The translations under genes and the position numbers were made by a program. Shown in pieces: positions 19,871-29,813 of a DNA stretch of 64,000 nucleotides (position 1 is its first letter; every line of letters starts with the position of its first letter). The notes under the pieces were generated by a model, which worked only from the letters and a program-made list of their open reading frames with translations, was not told the DNA's origin and did not search any database. The DNA is from Planctomycetota bacterium (GTDB lineage: Bacteria; Planctomycetota; UBA1135; UBA2386), in the NCBI GenBank assembly GCA_016795295.1, contig JAEUHP010000007.1, forward strand, positions 10,896 through 74,895, given 5' to 3'.

Positions 19871-21495
19871 AGCCACCCCCCGCGGTAGGCCCAGCTGCGC
19901 GGGTGCAGCCGGCAGCCGCGTTTGCGCAGGAACTCGCGGAATGCCGCCGCCAGCGGCCCGAGCGGCCCGCGCACGCGCGGCGGCGCAAGCCCGATCGCCG
20001 TGACCGTGTCGGGCACGGCCAGGAACTCCGCATCGGGGAACTGCACGGCCACCAGCACCGTCTCGGTGGCCCGCGGCCCGTCGGGCACCGGGGCCACCGC
20101 GGCACAACGCAGCACGTGCCGGCCGGTGGCAGCGTCCACCTGCACACCCGTGGCACCGCAGTGGCTCGCCATCGTGACGCGGTGGCCGCGCAGTTCGAGC
20201 TGCCGGGCGAACTCGACCACCAGACCACTCGCGCGTTCCGCCACCTGTTCGGGGCTGAGCTGCGGCGCCGCCGCCTTGAGGTCCACCGCGGGCACGCCGC
20301 CGAACAGCCGCCCAGGCGGCACCGAGGTGACGACCGAGGAACCCGACAAGACCACCGCACCGGCCCCCACTTCGACCCCGGGGAACAACACGGCGCCGAT
20401 GCCGATCTGCGCCCCGTCGCCGAGGCGCACGGCGGCGAACCGGCTGGGGTACCCCAGCAGCGTGTTCGGGCCGAACGAGTGGGTCATGACACACGCGCTC
20501 CGCGACACCACCACCTCGTCGCCGATCTGCAGCGTGCGGCACGGGTTCAGGTGCACGTGCTCACCGACGAAACCGTGGCTGCCGACCCGCAATTCGGCCT
20601 CCGGATCCATCGCGCCGCCGCCGCCGACCTCCACGTCGTCGGCGAAGAACGCATTGTCGCCGCAGTCGATGCGCCGGCTGCGCACCCGGCAACGGGCACC
20701 GAAGTGCAGCAGTTCGCCGGCGTGCAGGGACGCAGCTTCGACCACGGTTCCGGCACCGAAGTAGGCACCGGCGCCGAGCACCAGCCGTTCGCACAGCAGC
20801 ACAGCACCCACCCCCAGCGTCGTGTCGCCGCCCACCAGCGCGCCGTGCCGGCGGTACAGCTGCAGCTTGAGTTCACTGCCGAGCTGCGCAAACCCCGGAT
20901 CTCGGCGGATCGCCGCCAGGAACTCCGGGGCCACGGTACCGTCGGCCAAGGGCGTCGCGGGCGCCGCGGGCGCCACCACCTGCGCTGCCTCGACGTCCAC
21001 CACCCGCACCATGCCCCCGGGCCCCGTGCCGCGCACCGAACCGAGGTCGATCTGCAATTCGATGGCCCGCCGGCGCGCTGCGGGAGCCACCGGTGCCGGA
21101 ACGGTGGGTGGCACCGCCTGGGCAGGGCCCACCTGCCCGTCGAGGGTCAGGCTCGCCACCGTTCGCGACGCCACCGCCGGCGGCGCCGGAGCAGGGCCCG
21201 CAGCCTGGGCAGATCCCCCACCGAGAGCCGCCACCACCGCATCGTCGCACGCTTCGCCAGCCGCGCCGAGCACACCGATCGCCGCCTGCAGGGGCACGCG
21301 CGTGCCGTTGGCGCACAACTGCCGCAGCAGCACCCCATCGGCCGCGGCCTCCACGTCGAACGCGGCTTTCAGGGTCTCGACCGTGGCGATGGTCTGCCCC
21401 GCGCGCACGCGTTCGCCGACCGCGACCCGCCATTCCACGAACAACACGTCCTCTTCGGCCGTGCCCAGATACGGCAACTGCTGCAGGATCGCCAT
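19867..21495 (-). CDS. Chimeric lipoyl-domain / peripheral-subunit-binding / left-handed beta-helix acyltransferase protein
   Basis: Lipoyl motif VETLKAAFDVEAAADG. PSBD motif PAARRRAIELQIDLGSVRGTGPGGMVRVVDV. Then hexapeptide repeats with MTHS and VRLGDGAQIGIGAVLFPGVEVGAGAVV...FGGVPA. No E2 HxxxDG motif. Confidence 0.82.
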   Translation of the reverse strand: MAILQQLPYLGTAEEDVLFVEWRVAVGERVRAGQTIATVETLKAAFDVEAAADGVLLRQLCANGTRVPLQAAIGVLGAAGEACDDAVVAALGGGSAQAAGPAPAPPAVASRTVASLTLDGQVGPAQAVPPTVPAPVAPAARRRAIELQIDLGSVRGTGPGGMVRVVDVEAAQVVAPAAPATPLADGTVAPEFLAAIRRDPGFAQLGSELKLQLYRRHGALVGGDTTLGVGAVLLCERLVLGAGAYFGAGTVVEAASLHAGELLHFGARCRVRSRRIDCGDNAFFADDVEVGGGGAMDPEAELRVGSHGFVGEHVHLNPCRTLQIGDEVVVSRSACVMTHSFGPNTLLGYPSRFAAVRLGDGAQIGIGAVLFPGVEVGAGAVVLSGSSVVTSVPPGRLFGGVPAVDLKAAAPQLSPEQVAERASGLVVEFARQLELRGHRVTMASHCGATGVQVDAATGRHVLRCAAVAPVPDGPRATETVLVAVQFPDAEFLAVPDTVTAIGLAPPRVRGPLGPLAAAFREFLRKRGCRLHPRSWAYRGGWL

Positions 21496-21496
21496 C

Positions 21497-23497
21497 TCAG
21501 TACTCCCGGACCAACGCCCGCGCCATGGCCGCCACGGCCGCCGCGTCGGGCATCACCAGTTCCTCCAACTGCGGCGACGACGGCATCGGCGTGTGCGCCG
21601 CAGCCACCTTGCAGAGGGGTGCGTGCAACCAGCCGAACACCACCGGCAGCAGCGCGCCGATCCACGCATCGCCAACGCCGCCCACGGCCGACCCTTCGTG
21701 CACGACCACGCCGCGGCCGGTGGTGCGCAGCACTTCGGCACAGGTTTCGACGTCCAAGGGGGCCAACGATCGCAGATCGACGATCCCGGCGTCGATGCCT
21801 TCGCCAGCCAGCATCGCCGCGGCAGCCTGGCACAGCGGCAAGCACTGCCCATAGGTGAACAGGGTCACGTCGCGCCCGTCTCGGTCGATGCGCGCGCGGC
21901 CGAACGGCACCAGGTGGTCGGCCGCGGGCATCACGCCACGCGCCGGATAGAGCAACTTCGGCTCCAGGAACAGCACTGGGGCCGCGGTGCGCAGCGCGGT
22001 GCGCAACAGCCCCACCGCGTCGGCCAGATTGGCCGGGCAGACCACCTGCAGCCCCGGCACGTGCAGGAACCAGGCCTCGAGACTCTGGCTGTGCGTGGCG
22101 CCGTAGCCGTGCCGGCGGCCGATCGGCATGCGCACCGTCAGCGGCACCTGCACCTGGCCCGCGTACATGTAGCGCAGCTTCGCCGCGTGGTTGACCAGCG
22201 CGTCCATGCAGCAGGTGACGAAGTCGCCGAACATCAGCTCGACCACCGGATGCAGGCCGCCCATCGCCGCGCCGACCGCGAGTCCGGTGAAGCCGTTCTC
22301 GCTGATCGGCGTCTCGCGCACGCGTGCCGGCCCGAACTGCTGCAGGAGGCCGCGCGTCACCCCGAACGCGCCGCCGTAGGCACCGAGGTCTTCGCCGAGC
22401 AGCAGCACGCGTGGGTCGCGTTCGAGTTCGCCGCGCAAGGTCTCGCGCAGCGCTTCGGTCACGGTGGTGCTGCTACCGGCAGCGATCCGGCACGGCGCGG
22501 GCCCCGGTTCGGCCGCTGGCAGGTCGAGGTCCGCGAGCGCCACGGCGCGATCCCCGGGCGGCGCCGCCAAGGCAAACCGCACCGCCGCGGCGATCTCGGC
22601 CTCCACTTCTTGCGCCACTGCAGCCACCGCCGCGGGTGCCAGCTCCGCCGCAGCCTGCCACAGCAGCAACGGATCGCGCTGCCGCCAGGCCGCATCGTCC
22701 GCTGCATCCCGGTAGACGCACGGATCGCTCTTGCTGTGGCCGAAGTGCCGCCAAGTCGTGCATTCGAGCAGCGCCGGCCCTTCGCCCGCACGCGCCCGCG
22801 CCAGCAGCGGCGCCGCCGCCGCCAGCACCGCGCCGAGCTGGTTGCCGTCGCAGCGCGCCGTCGCCATGCCCCGGTAGCGGCTCGCCCATTCGGTGTAGTC
22901 GGCGCACGCAGAATGCGCCGCCACCGGCGTCGACATGGCGAAGCCGTTGTTCTCCAACACGAACACCACCGGCAGTCGCCACAGCGCCGCCAGGTTGAGA
23001 CTCTCGTGGAACGCCCCCGTGGCGGCAGCGCCGTCGCCCAGATACGCCACCACCACGCGGCCGGTGCCGCGCAACTGTTGCGCGAGCGCGAGCCCCGCCG
23101 CGATCGGCAGGCCCCCGCCCGTGATGCCATTGCTGCCGAAGTGCCCGATCTCGGGCACCGCGGTGTGCTGGCTGCCGCCCTTGCCGCGGCAGTAACCGGC
23201 AGCGCGCCCGGCGAACTCCGCCAGCGTGCGATCCGCTGCCGCCCCTTTGGCCAGCAGGTGGCCGTGGCCGCGGTGGGTGCTGGTCACCAGATCGTCTGGT
23301 TCGAGCAGCGCCGAAACCCCCACCGGCACCGCCTCCTGACCCGCGCACAGATGTGTGGTGCCGCCGATCGCCCCGCTGCCGACCAGCCGGTGCAGTTCCT
23401 GCTCGAAGCGGCGGATGCGCAGCATGCTGCGGTAGAGCTGCAACGGTTGCAGCTGCGGCGTCTGGCTGGCGGCCGCGTTGGCGGGACACGGGTGCAT
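21497..23497 (-). CDS. Fused 2-oxoacid dehydrogenase E1 alpha+beta (TPP-dependent)
   Basis: STHRGHGH, GDGAAATGAFHESLN...VLENN (TPP motif), GHSKSDP, ETPISENGFTG, GATHSQSLE, VDLRSLAPLD. Confidence 0.92.
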   Translation of the reverse strand: MHPCPANAAASQTPQLQPLQLYRSMLRIRRFEQELHRLVGSGAIGGTTHLCAGQEAVPVGVSALLEPDDLVTSTHRGHGHLLAKGAAADRTLAEFAGRAAGYCRGKGGSQHTAVPEIGHFGSNGITGGGLPIAAGLALAQQLRGTGRVVVAYLGDGAAATGAFHESLNLAALWRLPVVFVLENNGFAMSTPVAAHSACADYTEWASRYRGMATARCDGNQLGAVLAAAAPLLARARAGEGPALLECTTWRHFGHSKSDPCVYRDAADDAAWRQRDPLLLWQAAAELAPAAVAAVAQEVEAEIAAAVRFALAAPPGDRAVALADLDLPAAEPGPAPCRIAAGSSTTVTEALRETLRGELERDPRVLLLGEDLGAYGGAFGVTRGLLQQFGPARVRETPISENGFTGLAVGAAMGGLHPVVELMFGDFVTCCMDALVNHAAKLRYMYAGQVQVPLTVRMPIGRRHGYGATHSQSLEAWFLHVPGLQVVCPANLADAVGLLRTALRTAAPVLFLEPKLLYPARGVMPAADHLVPFGRARIDRDGRDVTLFTYGQCLPLCQAAAAMLAGEGIDAGIVDLRSLAPLDVETCAEVLRTTGRGVVVHEGSAVGGVGDAWIGALLPVVFGWLHAPLCKVAAAHTPMPSSPQLEELVMPDAAAVAAMARALVREY

Positions 23498-23632
23498 CGG
23501 CGTTGGGCGGGACAGAGCCCACCGGGGATCGCCCAAGGCTACGCCGGGTCTGAAGCCGTCACGGGACGCACAAGTGCGTAACGGCCCCGGGCCGAAGTCG
23601 CAGGCGAACACGCCGCAACCACGGCTCCACCG

Positions 23633-26600
23633 TCATCCCTGCGTTGCCATCGGCTGCACCGGCGCACCCGTGTAACGGCGCCCCGCCAACAGCACTTCCT
23701 GCTTCATGACCACGCTGTGCGGCGTGACTTCCGCACCAGCCCCGATCGACGCCCCGTACAACACCACCGAAGCGTGCCCGAGCGTCGCGCCAGCACCGAC
23801 CCGCACCGGCGCGATCTTCAGCACGCGGTCCTCGAACGTGTGCGCCTGGAACATCGTGTCCACCGTGGCGCCATCGCCGAACTCCAGCATGTCCGGGTCC
23901 ACCACGTGCGCGAAGCCGGGCCCGAGCACCACTCCACGCCCCAATCGCATGCCCATGGCGCGCAGACACCAAGCGAGCCACGGCGTGCCGCCGAACGGTG
24001 CCAGCACCGGCCGCGCCAAGAAGCCCCACAGCACGTACAAGAAGTCCCAGCGGCTGCACCAGCACGACCACAGCCCGTGCTGGCCGGAGCGCACGCGTCC
24101 GAGCAGCAGCCACTTCGCCGCACACACGAAGAGCACCGCCGCAGCCCCGGTCGCCACCGAGGCCAACACGGCACGGAAGAGCCAGCCCACACTCGCCTCA
24201 GGCGCCCCGGCGACCTGCCACCAGCACCCCAGCAGGGCCGCAGCGGCGAACGGCAGCGCGCAGCGCAGCAGTTCCCACACCGCTCGGTTGGTGCGCTGCA
24301 ACCAGCCCGGCGCCACGGTCAGGCGCGCGTCGACGGCGACCACTTCGCGCTGCGGCAACGGGAACGGTGGCAAACCGAACCACGCCGAACCCGCCGGCAT
24401 GCGCGTCCCGTCGGCCACCGTGCACACCCCGAGCAGCAGATCGTCTGGCAACACCGTGCCGGCCGGCACCACCACGTGGTTGCCGAGGAAAGTCCGCTCG
24501 CCGAGCTGCACCGGGCCGATGCGCAGCGCTCCGGCGCGCAGCACCGGCTCGCCGAGGTAGATGCCGTCGGCCAGGAAGCAGGTGCCGCCGAGGGTCAGGT
24601 GCTCCGGGAGCGTGCCGGTGATGGTGCTGATCTCGGCGGCACGGCCGATGCGCGCGCCGGCGAGGCGCAGGAACCACGGCCAGAACAGCGTGCCGGACAG
24701 CCAGACGCCCGCGGCTTCGAGTTCGTGGCTGCGGTGTTCGAACAGCACATGGGCCACGCTGCGCACCGCGTGCCAGCCCGTGGCCACCCGCGGCGACCAG
24801 CGCAACCAACAGGCCGCGCCGAGCACGCGCAGCGGCACCCAGCCGAGCAACGCCAAGGCCAAGGCCCCCACTGGCAACGGGCCAGCGAACTCGCCGAGCA
24901 CCGCGCCGAACAGGGCCACTTGGCCCGTCGTCGCCGCCAGCAGCGCCACCAAGGCCAACACGGCGAGGCCCGCGCCGGCGGCACTGGCAGCCCGCAGCGC
25001 CAACACCAGCAGCGTGTGGGCGAGCGCCGGCAACGCGGCCGCAACCCCACCCGCCAACGCTGGCGGCGCGTCGGCGTCGGCAAGGCAGCGCGCCGCCGGC
25101 ACGCCGTCCCACACCTCGCCCGCCGGCACCGCCACACCCCGCGGCGGAATCGCATGCGGTCGCAGCCGCGCCCCGGCCCCGAGCGAACTGCCGCCCTGCA
25201 GACCACTGCGCACCTCCAGCACGGCCCGCGGGCCGAGTTGCACCGGCGCATGCACCAGCAGGCCATCGCGCAACTCGACGAGCCCGAGCGCCGCATCGCG
25301 GCCGACCACGGCCCCGTCGCCCACTTCGAGCAGCGCCCAGGCGCCGCGGCGCAGTTCCACGCCGCGCGCGAAGTGCACGCCTCGGCCGATCCGCGCACCG
25401 AGCCAGCGCAGTGCAGCGTTCTGCAGCGCAGTGCCCTGCAGCAGGTCCCACGGCACCCAGCGCGCCAGCCGTTCGACGCACCAGTGGCGCAGGTAGGGCA
25501 GGCTGTGCACGGGCACCGCACCCGGTTGCACCCGGCCCACCAGCAGCCAGGCGCCGAAACGCACCGCGGCCAGCGCCGGAAGCGTCCAGGCAAGGCGTAC
25601 GAGCCAGGCGGCGACCGGCACCACCACCCAGGCCGACCAGCCAAACGGCGACAGGGCTGCCACGCACGGTTGCCACGGCCACACGGCCAGCAGCCACAAG
25701 GCGCCGGCCAGTTCGGCGGCGAGCCACGCAGCCTGCAGGCAGGCGACGAGGCGCGGGCGCGGGCGGGCCGCCACCGTGGCCGGTTCGCGTTGCCGAGGCT
25801 CGGCCTGGCCAGAGCCAGCCGCGGCGAACCGGGCCAGCGCACGCGCGGTGCGCTGTTCGTAGACCGCACGCACAGTGATCGCCGCGGTGGCGGGCTGGGC
25901 GCGCAGGCGGGACACCAGCGCGGCGGCGCGCAGCGAGTTGCCGCCGAGCGCGAAAAAATCGTCGTCCGGCCCCGCCTTGGTGCCGAGCTCGGTGCCGACG
26001 GCGGCAGTGATCACCGCCAGCAAGTCCCCTGCGGCGTCGTTGGTGCCCCAAGACGCAGCGCCCGCGCGCGCCGCGGCGGTGGCAGGTTCGACCATGGTTC
26101 CGGCAGCAGGTCCGGCAGCGGCCGCCAGCGCGGGCAAGCCAGCGAGCACCGCCCGCCGGTCGAGTTTGCCACCCACCGTGGTCGGCAATGCGTCGACCAC
26201 CCACCAGCGCTCCGGCACGCAGTGTGGCGGCAGCAGGCTGCGCAGGGCCAAAGCGAGTGCCGGTGTCGCCAGCGCGGCTTCGGGGTGTGCCGGCACCACA
26301 CACGCCACCAGTTGGTCGCCTTGCAGCACACACGCCGCCTGCCGTACCCCGGGCAACAGGGTGATCTGCGCTTCGATCTCGGCGAGCTCGACGCGGTGGC
26401 CGCGCACCTTGACCTGGGCATCCAGGCGGCCGTGGTAATAGAGCGCGCCATCCGGAGCGCGGTGCACGGCATCGCCCGTGCGGTAGATGCGGCCGAACTG
26501 CGGATGCGCGACGAACTTGACCGCGGTCGCTTCCGGCGCCCCGAGGTAACCACGTGCCAGCACGGCACCGCCGATGCACAGTTCGCCGCGTTCGCCATCG

Positions 26601-27667
26601 GCCACCGGCTCCAGCGCCTCGTCCAGCACGTGCGCCACGGCCCCCGGCACCGGATGGCCGATCGCCACCGGCACACCAGGGCGCACTTCGGCGCGCAGCA
26701 CGGTGACCGTGCACTCGGTCGGGCCATAGCCGTTGACGCAGCGGCGGCCCCGGGCAAAGGCATCGGCGAGGTCCTGGGGCAGCGCCTCGCCACCGGCATA
26801 GACCAGCCGCAGGGCCGGCAGTTCGCGCCACGGCTCGCGGCACGCCATCGCGCGCAACTGGGTCGGTGGCGGACACAGCACGGTGATGCGTTCGCGCCGC
26901 AGCCATGCCGGCAGGTCGGGGCCGAGCCTGGCCGTGTCGTGGTCGAGCGGCACCACGGTGGCGCCCGCGGCGAGTGCCAGCCACACTTCTTCGACCGATG
27001 AATCGTACGCTGGGGACGAACCCTGGGCGACGCGGTCGCCGGGGCCGAGGCCGAACTCGAGCAGGTCGTGCGCAACCAGGTTGGCGATGGTGCGGTGCTC
27101 GATCGCCACGGCCTTGGGCCGGCCGGTGGTGCCCGAGGTGAACACCAGATACGCGAGGTGTTCGGGCAGGATGGCGTTTGCACCGCGCGCGTTCGGCAGC
27201 GGCAAGGCGGCCGGGGCTGGCACCGCGACCGCCGCCGCGAGCAGCGCACCCACGTCGTAGGCCGGCAGGTCCGGCCGCAGTACGCGGAGGCGCCGGCAGC
27301 CGGCGGCATCGGTCAGCACCGCCCGCGCCGCGGCTTCGTCGAGCAAGGTCGCAAGGTGCGCATCGGGGTGGCTCGGCTCGAGGCCGGTGTAGGCCGCGCC
27401 GGCCGAGAGCACGCCGAGCTGCGCGGCATAGAGCTCGGGCCCACCCCGCGACAGGCACAGCGCCACCACCGCGTCGGCTCCCGCATGGGGCGCCACCCGC
27501 TCGGCGACCGCAGCGGCCATGGCCGCCAGGGCGCGGTAACTCAGGATCGTGCGGGGCTGCGCACCGCTCGGCGGCACGTCGAGCGCGCACTCGTTCGGCC
27601 AGCGCTGCACCGCGCGCCAGAAGAACTCATGCAGCAACGAAGGGTGGCGCGGCTCGGGCGAGGGCAT
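23633..27667 (-). CDS. Pls/PosA-family single-module membrane NRPS (A-PCP-TM/hexapeptide terminal domains)
   Basis: A-domain cores YLVFTSGTTGRPK, NGYGPTE, YRTGD, QVKVRGHRVEL, GKLDR. PCP motif FFALGGNSL. Three TM-flanked LGARIG/GMRLG beta-helix segments. No canonical C or TE domain. Confidence 0.88.
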   Translation of the reverse strand: MPSPEPRHPSLLHEFFWRAVQRWPNECALDVPPSGAQPRTILSYRALAAMAAAVAERVAPHAGADAVVALCLSRGGPELYAAQLGVLSAGAAYTGLEPSHPDAHLATLLDEAAARAVLTDAAGCRRLRVLRPDLPAYDVGALLAAAVAVPAPAALPLPNARGANAILPEHLAYLVFTSGTTGRPKAVAIEHRTIANLVAHDLLEFGLGPGDRVAQGSSPAYDSSVEEVWLALAAGATVVPLDHDTARLGPDLPAWLRRERITVLCPPPTQLRAMACREPWRELPALRLVYAGGEALPQDLADAFARGRRCVNGYGPTECTVTVLRAEVRPGVPVAIGHPVPGAVAHVLDEALEPVADGERGELCIGGAVLARGYLGAPEATAVKFVAHPQFGRIYRTGDAVHRAPDGALYYHGRLDAQVKVRGHRVELAEIEAQITLLPGVRQAACVLQGDQLVACVVPAHPEAALATPALALALRSLLPPHCVPERWWVVDALPTTVGGKLDRRAVLAGLPALAAAAGPAAGTMVEPATAAARAGAASWGTNDAAGDLLAVITAAVGTELGTKAGPDDDFFALGGNSLRAAALVSRLRAQPATAAITVRAVYEQRTARALARFAAAGSGQAEPRQREPATVAARPRPRLVACLQAAWLAAELAGALWLLAVWPWQPCVAALSPFGWSAWVVVPVAAWLVRLAWTLPALAAVRFGAWLLVGRVQPGAVPVHSLPYLRHWCVERLARWVPWDLLQGTALQNAALRWLGARIGRGVHFARGVELRRGAWALLEVGDGAVVGRDAALGLVELRDGLLVHAPVQLGPRAVLEVRSGLQGGSSLGAGARLRPHAIPPRGVAVPAGEVWDGVPAARCLADADAPPALAGGVAAALPALAHTLLVLALRAASAAGAGLAVLALVALLAATTGQVALFGAVLGEFAGPLPVGALALALLGWVPLRVLGAACWLRWSPRVATGWHAVRSVAHVLFEHRSHELEAAGVWLSGTLFWPWFLRLAGARIGRAAEISTITGTLPEHLTLGGTCFLADGIYLGEPVLRAGALRIGPVQLGERTFLGNHVVVPAGTVLPDDLLLGVCTVADGTRMPAGSAWFGLPPFPLPQREVVAVDARLTVAPGWLQRTNRAVWELLRCALPFAAAALLGCWWQVAGAPEASVGWLFRAVLASVATGAAAVLFVCAAKWLLLGRVRSGQHGLWSCWCSRWDFLYVLWGFLARPVLAPFGGTPWLAWCLRAMGMRLGRGVVLGPGFAHVVDPDMLEFGDGATVDTMFQAHTFEDRVLKIAPVRVGAGATLGHASVVLYGASIGAGAEVTPHSVVMKQEVLLAGRRYTGAPVQPMATQG

Positions 27668-27799
27668 GGCGAACGCCCAGCCGACCCGGCGGGCGCGCGC
27701 ATGCTACGCCGCCACCCGCACGCTGTCGCCGGCGCACTGCCGGTCACCCATACGCGACCTGCCGCACCACCCTGCGGTGGCGGGCAGGCCAGCAGCGCC

Positions 27800-28627
27800 T
27801 CAGCGGCGCACCAGGCCCTGGGTCTGCGGCGCGGCACCCTCGGCCGGCACCGCGGCGAACAGCTCCTCGATCTCGCGCAGCACGTTGCGCTCGTCGACCG
27901 CCACCGCCACCGGATCTTCGGCGACCATGTCGTTCTCGAGCATGCGCTGCGCCACGTCGAGCCGCTTCTTGACCGTGGCGATCACTTCCTTGGCCTGGCT
28001 CAGCGCGGTGCTGTCCAGATCGAACCGCTGGCTGTTGGCCGCGAGCGCCTCGACCTGCTGCTGCTGGGTCTTGAGCGCCCGCACCTGGTCTTCGAGCGCC
28101 TCGCGTTCGTTGCGCACGGCGACCAAGCGCTGCTTGGCGGCGTCGACCGCCTTGGCTTGGCGATCGATGAGCGCCCGCTTGGCCTTCAGGATCGCCTGGT
28201 TGTTGACGAACGAGTCCTTGGTGCGCTGCAGATCGACCTGCACGCGCCGGCGCGTGCCGAGATCGACCGCGAGCTGCGCTTCGGCGGGGCCGTCGCTGGT
28301 CAAGAGACGCGCGCCGACCTTCAGCTTCTTCTCTTCGCCGTCGACGACCCGCTCCAGCTGCACCACCGAGGCCTGCAGCCGTTCGAGTTCGACTTCGGCG
28401 TTGGCCAAGTCGCGCTTGCACGAATCGATCTGCGGGTCGATCTGCCGGATCAGGCCCTCGGCGCGCTTCAGCTCCAGCTCGACCGGGATCTGGCCGACCA
28501 CGGTCTCGCGCACCGACGAGAACATCGTGCGGGCGTAACTCGGGAACGCGGTGCCGAAGCAGAGGAAGCCAGCCCCACCGAGCACCGCTCCGGAGAGGAT
28601 CACCATCTTCAGGGTCTTGCCGAACAT
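27800..28627 (-). CDS. Membrane-anchored/exported coiled-coil protein
   Basis: N-terminal hydrophobic segment, then IPVELELKRAEGLI and long heptad-rich helices. Confidence 0.7.
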   Translation of the reverse strand: MFGKTLKMVILSGAVLGGAGFLCFGTAFPSYARTMFSSVRETVVGQIPVELELKRAEGLIRQIDPQIDSCKRDLANAEVELERLQASVVQLERVVDGEEKKLKVGARLLTSDGPAEAQLAVDLGTRRRVQVDLQRTKDSFVNNQAILKAKRALIDRQAKAVDAAKQRLVAVRNEREALEDQVRALKTQQQQVEALAANSQRFDLDSTALSQAKEVIATVKKRLDVAQRMLENDMVAEDPVAVAVDERNVLREIEELFAAVPAEGAAPQTQGLVRR

Positions 28628-28816
28628 TGTCGTTTCCGTTGGGTAGGGATCGGCGCCGGAATCGGCGCCACCCCCACCACTGCGCAGCACCCTCGCGACT
28701 ATTTTGCGAGTGCCCCCGGAACGCTCGCAGTTCGCCGCGCCGAGCCCCTTGCAAGACCCCCGCCAAAACCCCTGCCAGACGCCTGCTAGGCCCTGCCAGG
28801 ACCGTGCCCGGGGCCG

Positions 28817-29116
28817 TCAGACGCGCTTGCGCCGCAGCTCGGTTGCCGTGGAACGCAACAGCCGGTCGCGCAAGTCTTCCAAAACCGGTTGTTTCGCCCG
28901 ATCTTCCTCGGCCCGCTGCGCCTCGACCACTGCATTGCAGTAGGGGCACTGGCTCTCGCGCAGGTGGAACGCCACGAACTCCGCGGCACCGCCAGCCATG
29001 CCGCCACTGGTGAAACTGCGCAGCAGGTCCGGGTGCGGGCACGAGATGCGTTCTTCCCGCCACACCGAAGCCACGGTGAACACCAAGTGCGGATCGACTT
29101 CGTCGGGACTGGCCAT
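28817..29116 (-). CDS. Small zinc-finger (ZAS anti-sigma-like) protein
   Basis: SCPHPDLL...FHLRESQCPYC (Cys + HxxxxxCxxC), immediately downstream of the ECF sigma gene. Confidence 0.65.
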   Translation of the reverse strand: MASPDEVDPHLVFTVASVWREERISCPHPDLLRSFTSGGMAGGAAEFVAFHLRESQCPYCNAVVEAQRAEEDRAKQPVLEDLRDRLLRSTATELRRKRV

Positions 29117-29118
29117 GG

Positions 29119-29772
29119 TCACCTCGCCCCCGGCCGCCACAGGCCCAGGAACAGCGAATGGTTCGGGTCGTGCTGGCGCGCGAGGCCGCGCAACCGTTCG
29201 ACCGCGCGGAACTTGATGCCGGCGACCGCCTTCTCGTCGGCGATGCCAAACCGCTGCGCCGCGTCCTTGTTGCGGCCACCCAGCACGAACAGGTATTCGA
29301 GCACCATCAGCTTCTGGAACTCGCCAGCACTCCACAGCTCGCCGACCAGATCGCGCAGGATGTTGGCCAGCACCTGGTGCTGCCGGCCGCCGTCCTCACG
29401 CACCACCGCCTGCTCCTTGGGCGCCGGCGCCGCCTCGTTCGGCAGGTTGTCCAGCCAGAGCTGGCTCTGGTCGCCGTCCGCGTTGGCCACCCCCGGCAGC
29501 AACGCCGGCTTGTGGCGCCGGTAATGGTCGATGACTCGGTTGCGCGCGATGCCGAACAGGAACTGTTCGAGTGAGTACTGCGGATCGAAGGAGGCGATGC
29601 CGCGCACCGCACCCAGAAACACGTCCTGGGTCAGATCCTCGGCGGTCTGGTGGTCGCCGACGTAACGGCGCGCGTAGAAGTAGAGGCGCCGGAAGTAGTC
29701 CTCCTGCAGCGCCGCCCACGCGGCGTCGTCCATCGCCTGCAGGCGGCCAATGTCGTAGCGAGGCTGGGCCAT
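29119..29772 (-). CDS. ECF-type RNA polymerase sigma factor
   Basis: RRLYFYARRYVGDHQTAEDLTQDVF, FLFGIARNRVIDHYRR, region-4 HTH NKDAAQRFGI..KAVAGIKFRAVERL. Confidence 0.85.
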   Translation of the reverse strand: MAQPRYDIGRLQAMDDAAWAALQEDYFRRLYFYARRYVGDHQTAEDLTQDVFLGAVRGIASFDPQYSLEQFLFGIARNRVIDHYRRHKPALLPGVANADGDQSQLWLDNLPNEAAPAPKEQAVVREDGGRQHQVLANILRDLVGELWSAGEFQKLMVLEYLFVLGGRNKDAAQRFGIADEKAVAGIKFRAVERLRGLARQHDPNHSLFLGLWRPGAR

Positions 29773-29813
29773 CGTCGGCACCAGGATAGCCGCTGCCGTG
29801 CCGATGGCCACGC

